From Deferribacterales bacterium (GTDB lineage: Bacteria; Chrysiogenota; Deferribacteres; Deferribacterales; Geovibrionaceae): DNA of 64,000 nucleotides. Location of the stretch: NCBI GenBank assembly GCA_050253335.1, contig JBFWJG010000001.1:1-64000 (forward strand). The letters run 5' to 3'. The notes beneath the pieces are model-generated. The model made no database searches, was not told where the DNA came from, and saw nothing but the letters and a program-made list of their open reading frames with translations. Made by a program: the position numbers and the translations under genes. This document shows, in pieces, positions 60,183 to 64,000 of the stretch. Numbering within the stretch: position 1 is the stretch's first letter; each line of letters starts with the position of its first letter.

Positions 60183-61099
60183 TTTGAGTATATTTCGTCC
60201 AGAATTTCTTTTCCGCCTGCGGCGAGTATGGATTCCGCGAGTTCGTAGCCAATTTCCGCCGCGTCTTTCACGCTGCCTTTGTTCTCGGCTTCGATGTATG
60301 TTTCGCCTATAAGGTCGGAAACAAGGCCTTTCATTATGATGCGGTCGCCTTCTATAACGGAATGCCCGGCTATGGGAGCCTGACATCCGCCCTCAAGCCT
60401 TCTGAGGAAGGTTCTTTCGCATCTTACCCTTGTTTCTGTTGGTTCGTGGCGGAGGAAGTCAAGGAGCTTCTTGCTCTCAGTGTCATCACTGCGGACTTCT
60501 ATTCCGAGAATCCCCTGACAAACGGCGGGGAGCATGTCCTCAACGGAGATCACGTCTGTAACCCTGTCGTGGTATTCAAGACGCACAAGCCCCGCACGGG
60601 CAAGGATTATCGCGTCATATTCCCCATCGTCGAGCTTTCTCAGGCGGGTGTTCACGTTTCCTCTGAGGTCTTTTATCTCAAGATCCGGACGGAGGCGGGC
60701 AAGCTGAACCTTCCTGCGGAGGCTGCTTGTGCCGACCACTGCGTTCTGAGGGAGATCGGCTATTGTTTTATATTTTACTGAGACGAAAGCGTCCTCCGGT
60801 GTTTCCCCTTCGGGGCTTGCGTAAAGCTCCAGCCCTTCGGGAAGGAGCATCGGGACATCCTTCATGCTGTGCACGGCTATGTCAGCCTGATTTTCAAGCA
60901 GAGCGGTCTCTATCTCTTTCACGAAGAGCCCCTTGCCGCCTATTTTGGCCAGAGGCACATCGAGTATTTTGTCACCCTGAGTTTTGATTACAAGGAGTTC
61001 GCATTCGACCTTGTGCTCCTTCTCAAGCAGAGCCTTGATGTGATTGGCCTGCCACAGAGCGAGCATGCTTCCCCTTGTTGCGATTCTTACTTTTTTCAT
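60179..61099 (-). CDS. hemC: Hydroxymethylbilane synthase
   Basis: ATRGSMLALWQ, GKGLFVKE, VHSMKD, GTSSLRR, LEGGCQAP. Confidence 0.97.
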   Translation of the reverse strand: MKKVRIATRGSMLALWQANHIKALLEKEHKVECELLVIKTQGDKILDVPLAKIGGKGLFVKEIETALLENQADIAVHSMKDVPMLLPEGLELYASPEGETPEDAFVSVKYKTIADLPQNAVVGTSSLRRKVQLARLRPDLEIKDLRGNVNTRLRKLDDGEYDAIILARAGLVRLEYHDRVTDVISVEDMLPAVCQGILGIEVRSDDTESKKLLDFLRHEPTETRVRCERTFLRRLEGGCQAPIAGHSVIEGDRIIMKGLVSDLIGETYIEAENKGSVKDAAEIGYELAESILAAGGKEILDEIYSK

Positions 61100-61114
61100 T
61101 ATCTATCCCCTGAT

Positions 61115-62380
61115 TTAATCTTTTAAGTCGAAAATAATTTTTACTGCTTCATCAAGGCTGTAGCGCTCCTTGCCGGGAGCCAGATCCTTGAGGTTGTTAA
61201 GCGGAGTGTGCAGAACCTTGTTCATAAAAGCGCTGAGGAGGTATTCCAGCTTCCTGCGCTCGCCTGCGTCCGCTACCTTGAACTTGTCGCAGAAGCGGTC
61301 AAGCTCAAGCATGCGCTTTTCATCAAAACTTTCACGCAGGGCTTTTATCACAGGCACAATCTTCATGGATTCCACCCAGCGGTAAAAGTCCGCCACGCCT
61401 GTTTCGATGTATTCCATAGCCTTTACGGCCTCTTTCTGGCGGAGTTTTTTGTTTGATTCCACCACGGCTTTCAGGTCGTCTATGTCGTAAACATATGCGT
61501 TTTCGATGTCCGCCACGGCGGGGTCAATGTCTCTGGGTACTGCTATATCTATGAAGAACATGGGCTTATGCTTGCGTCTGATCATAACGGGCTTTATGTC
61601 TGCCGCTTCGATCATGTAGCCGCTTGCTCCGGTGGAGGAGAGCACTATATCCGCGTGGGCGAGTTCCTCACGGAACTGATCAAGGGGAACTGCTTTTCCG
61701 CCGACTTCCGCCGCGAGTTTTTCCGCCTTTTCGAATGTTCTATTTGTGACCGTTATCCCTCCGATGTCTGCACCCCGGAGGTGTTTACAGGCTATCTCGC
61801 ACATTTCGCCCGCGCCTACCACGAGTGCATGCTTATCTTCAAGACTGCCGAAGATTTTGGAGGCGAGCTCAACAGCGGCTGAACTCACGGAGACGGGATT
61901 ATCGCCTATGCCTGTATTGGTTCTGACCTTTTTGGTGGTTTTGATAACGAATTCTTCCAGCTTGCGGATGAATGTTTTCGCCGCGCCGAACTTTCGGGAG
62001 TTCTCGAAAGCGTCCTTCACCTGACCGAAGATCTGCGGTTCGCCCATAACCAGAGAATCAAGCCCGCCTGCCACACGGAAAATGTGACGCACGGATTCCT
62101 CTCCGCAGTGGATATAGGTGTATTTCTGGAGAATACTGCGGTCGATTTTGCATTGTTCAGCGATTATTTTGAGAACACTGTCCACGTTACAGAGAAAATC
62201 GTCAGTGACTATGTAATATTCCACCCTGTTGCAGGTGGAGATCACCATCGCCTCGTATATTCTGTCATTCTGGAGGATGTCGCCGTAAAGCTCCTCCAGC
62301 ACCGCTTCGGCTACTGCCAAAGTTTCCCGCACCTCGACAGGGGCGGTATTATGATTAAGTCCTACAACTGCCAACTGCAT
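61115..62380 (-). CDS. hemA: Glutamyl-tRNA reductase
   Basis: STCNRVE, GLDSLVMGEPQI, GAGEM, DIAVPRD. Confidence 0.97.
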   Translation of the reverse strand: MQLAVVGLNHNTAPVEVRETLAVAEAVLEELYGDILQNDRIYEAMVISTCNRVEYYIVTDDFLCNVDSVLKIIAEQCKIDRSILQKYTYIHCGEESVRHIFRVAGGLDSLVMGEPQIFGQVKDAFENSRKFGAAKTFIRKLEEFVIKTTKKVRTNTGIGDNPVSVSSAAVELASKIFGSLEDKHALVVGAGEMCEIACKHLRGADIGGITVTNRTFEKAEKLAAEVGGKAVPLDQFREELAHADIVLSSTGASGYMIEAADIKPVMIRRKHKPMFFIDIAVPRDIDPAVADIENAYVYDIDDLKAVVESNKKLRQKEAVKAMEYIETGVADFYRWVESMKIVPVIKALRESFDEKRMLELDRFCDKFKVADAGERRKLEYLLSAFMNKVLHTPLNNLKDLAPGKERYSLDEAVKIIFDLKD

Positions 62381-62386
62381 CTATAT

Positions 62387-63178
62387 TCAGCCCATGAGAA
62401 AAAACGCGACACCGGCGTATGTCACTACGACGGAAATAAAACCCGCCAGAGTGGAGTAAGCGGTGCTTCTAGGCGTCATGCCTCTGTATTTTTTTAGATA
62501 TGTTATCAGGCCGAATATCACCCATGTGACAACGGCAAATATCATCTTTGGAAGAATGATCCCGATCCGTTCAGGCTCGTAAATCATCCAGACGAAGCCT
62601 GAGATCAGGCCCACGCTGAAAAAGTAAAACCCTAGAAGGAGGTTTACCGCGGTCAGGCGGTCGATCTGATTCAGCGGCGGAAAGCGTTTGAAGATTATCC
62701 CGAAGTTTTTGCGCTTGAGCTCTCTCTCCTGCAAAAAGTACATAATGCTGGCGACTGTGGCGAACATGAAGAACGCTGTGCCGATCACGGTGAAGGGCAG
62801 GTGGATAAGAAGCCATATGCTGCTTATTCCCGCTGCGTCCTTAGGTGCGGCGGAAGGCAGGATGAGAACAAGAACGCTGAGTATTATCACTATCGGGAAT
62901 ATGAAAAGCCCCAGCAGAGGGCGCCTGTATTTCATGAACAGTATCAGGTAAATAAGAGTAAGCGTCAGAGAGACCATGGCAAACAGATCCCCGAGGGAAT
63001 ATGACGGGAAATGGCCGAAATGCTTCCAGTGTGTGGCTATGCTCCCCGCGAAAAGCAGGAATGCAAGCACCGCGAACAGGTTTGTAAGGTGCTGAAGATA
63101 CCTGTTCCCCAGAAAAAGATAAAGCGTGATATGTATAAAAGCGAGGATCGCCGCGCCCAGAGCAAAATCAAAGTGCAT
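62387..63178 (-). CDS. Cytochrome c assembly family membrane protein (CcsA/HemX/YpjD-like)
   Basis: About 8 TM, WLLIH, YFLQERELK, FPPL..ID; no WWD motif; first gene of hem operon. Confidence 0.75.
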   Translation of the reverse strand: MHFDFALGAAILAFIHITLYLFLGNRYLQHLTNLFAVLAFLLFAGSIATHWKHFGHFPSYSLGDLFAMVSLTLTLIYLILFMKYRRPLLGLFIFPIVIILSVLVLILPSAAPKDAAGISSIWLLIHLPFTVIGTAFFMFATVASIMYFLQERELKRKNFGIIFKRFPPLNQIDRLTAVNLLLGFYFFSVGLISGFVWMIYEPERIGIILPKMIFAVVTWVIFGLITYLKKYRGMTPRSTAYSTLAGFISVVVTYAGVAFFLMG

Positions 63179-63377
63179 TTTTTCTCCTGCTTAATCCGAT
63201 GATTCGTAAGTTACAAAAATTATCCTGTTTTGTGAAGCCCGAATATTATTATATAAAATTTTCCCGCTTGCGTAAGCTTTTATTTTGACAGCCCTGTTTT
63301 ATTAAGGTTCAGGGCTGAGGCGGCACTGCCTTGTGTGCTTTTTTTCCCGCTGTAAATGATGTAAATATTATTTCCCA

Positions 63378-63406
63378 TTGAAAGAGGACCGCCCTTGTAG
63401 TATTTT
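63378..63406 (+). promoter_or_regulatory. Putative sigma70 promoter (short or leaderless mRNA)
   Basis: TTGAAA-17-TATTTT, 8 nt before ATG 63415; no SD. Confidence 0.45.
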
Positions 63407-63414
63407 CATCTGCT

Positions 63415-64000
63415 ATGATTTGGGAAAAAATAGACCTTCACCATAAAGACGTTCTGTATGAAAGATTCCGCAATATATCGGAACCTCTTTCAGAGTATAC
63501 CTTTGCGAACATCTTCCTTTTCAGGGGAACGCATGAATATGAAATAGGGCGCAACGGCGAGCCTGTTCTCCGAGGCAGAACCTATGACGGCAAGCCGTAT
63601 ATTCAGCCGGTGAATAACCTACAGGCGTATCCGAAAGAAAAACTCCTTGAACTGCAGAAAGATGCGGATTTTTTCTTCCCCGTGTCGGAAGAAAGTCTGG
63701 CTCTGCTTGATCCGGAATCAATAGAATACACCAGCGATGAGGCCGACTCCGACTATATATACACCAGAGAAAAAATGGCCACCTACGCCGGACGCAAACT
63801 GCACAAGAAGCGAAACCTTATGAAACAGTTCCGTGAAGAATATGCCGGAACCAGCCGCCCGATATGCGGCGAGGTGAAGGAGGACGCGCTCTATATCCTT
63901 GAAAAATGGCAGGAGCAGGCGGATCTCCCGAAGGAGCAGACAGACTACAGAGCCTGTCTGGAGGCGCTGACCCACTGCGAGGAGCTTGTGCTCTGCGGGG
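63415..64000 (+). CDS. DUF2156 / aminoacyl-PG synthase C-terminal-like protein (runs off window)
   Basis: Manual translation MIWEKIDL...SEYTFANIF...DYIY...GRKLHKKRN, open to the end; absent from ORF track because there is no stop. Confidence 0.8.
   Translation, partial: MIWEKIDLHHKDVLYERFRNISEPLSEYTFANIFLFRGTHEYEIGRNGEPVLRGRTYDGKPYIQPVNNLQAYPKEKLLELQKDADFFFPVSEESLALLDPESIEYTSDEADSDYIYTREKMATYAGRKLHKKRNLMKQFREEYAGTSRPICGEVKEDALYILEKWQEQADLPKEQTDYRACLEALTHCEELVLCG

Overview
Gene-dense chromosomal backbone of an anaerobic Gram-negative bacterium. Gene content and order suggest Deferribacterota (Geovibrio/Denitrovibrio-like); this is an inference. About 63 CDS: thiC-thiE-thiL, rnj-uppP-ftsK, a DHOD-like gene-trkA-trkH-hypF, lnt-tatA-ecfT-truA, TauE/DUF1634 plus two crotonases, a System I* ccm cluster with ccdA, yebC-ruvC-ruvA, a second Ktr/Trk permease, three histidine kinases, ablAB, gpmI/gap/pgk and hemA-C-D-B. 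No rRNA, tRNA, CRISPR, integrase or transposase was seen. The most unusual signals are non-coding. (1) An interspersed ~90-130 nt multi-hairpin repeat occurs at four loci. Its stems are fully replaced between copies while the ANGGAN/ACAGGAYGT (CsrA-type) loops are kept. At two loci it starts at a stop codon and is followed by duplicated gene 3' ends that differ only synonymously. It always co-occurs with a second REP-like family. (2) A near-consensus sigma28 promoter with a CsrA-site leader drives an unannotated protein that may be flagellar-secreted. Protein-level oddities: a crotonase pair with complementary active-site losses, a coiled-coil/PAS protein with CxxCH, a PilZ domain with a CxxC insert, and a Cys/His-tailed RHH-like protein.
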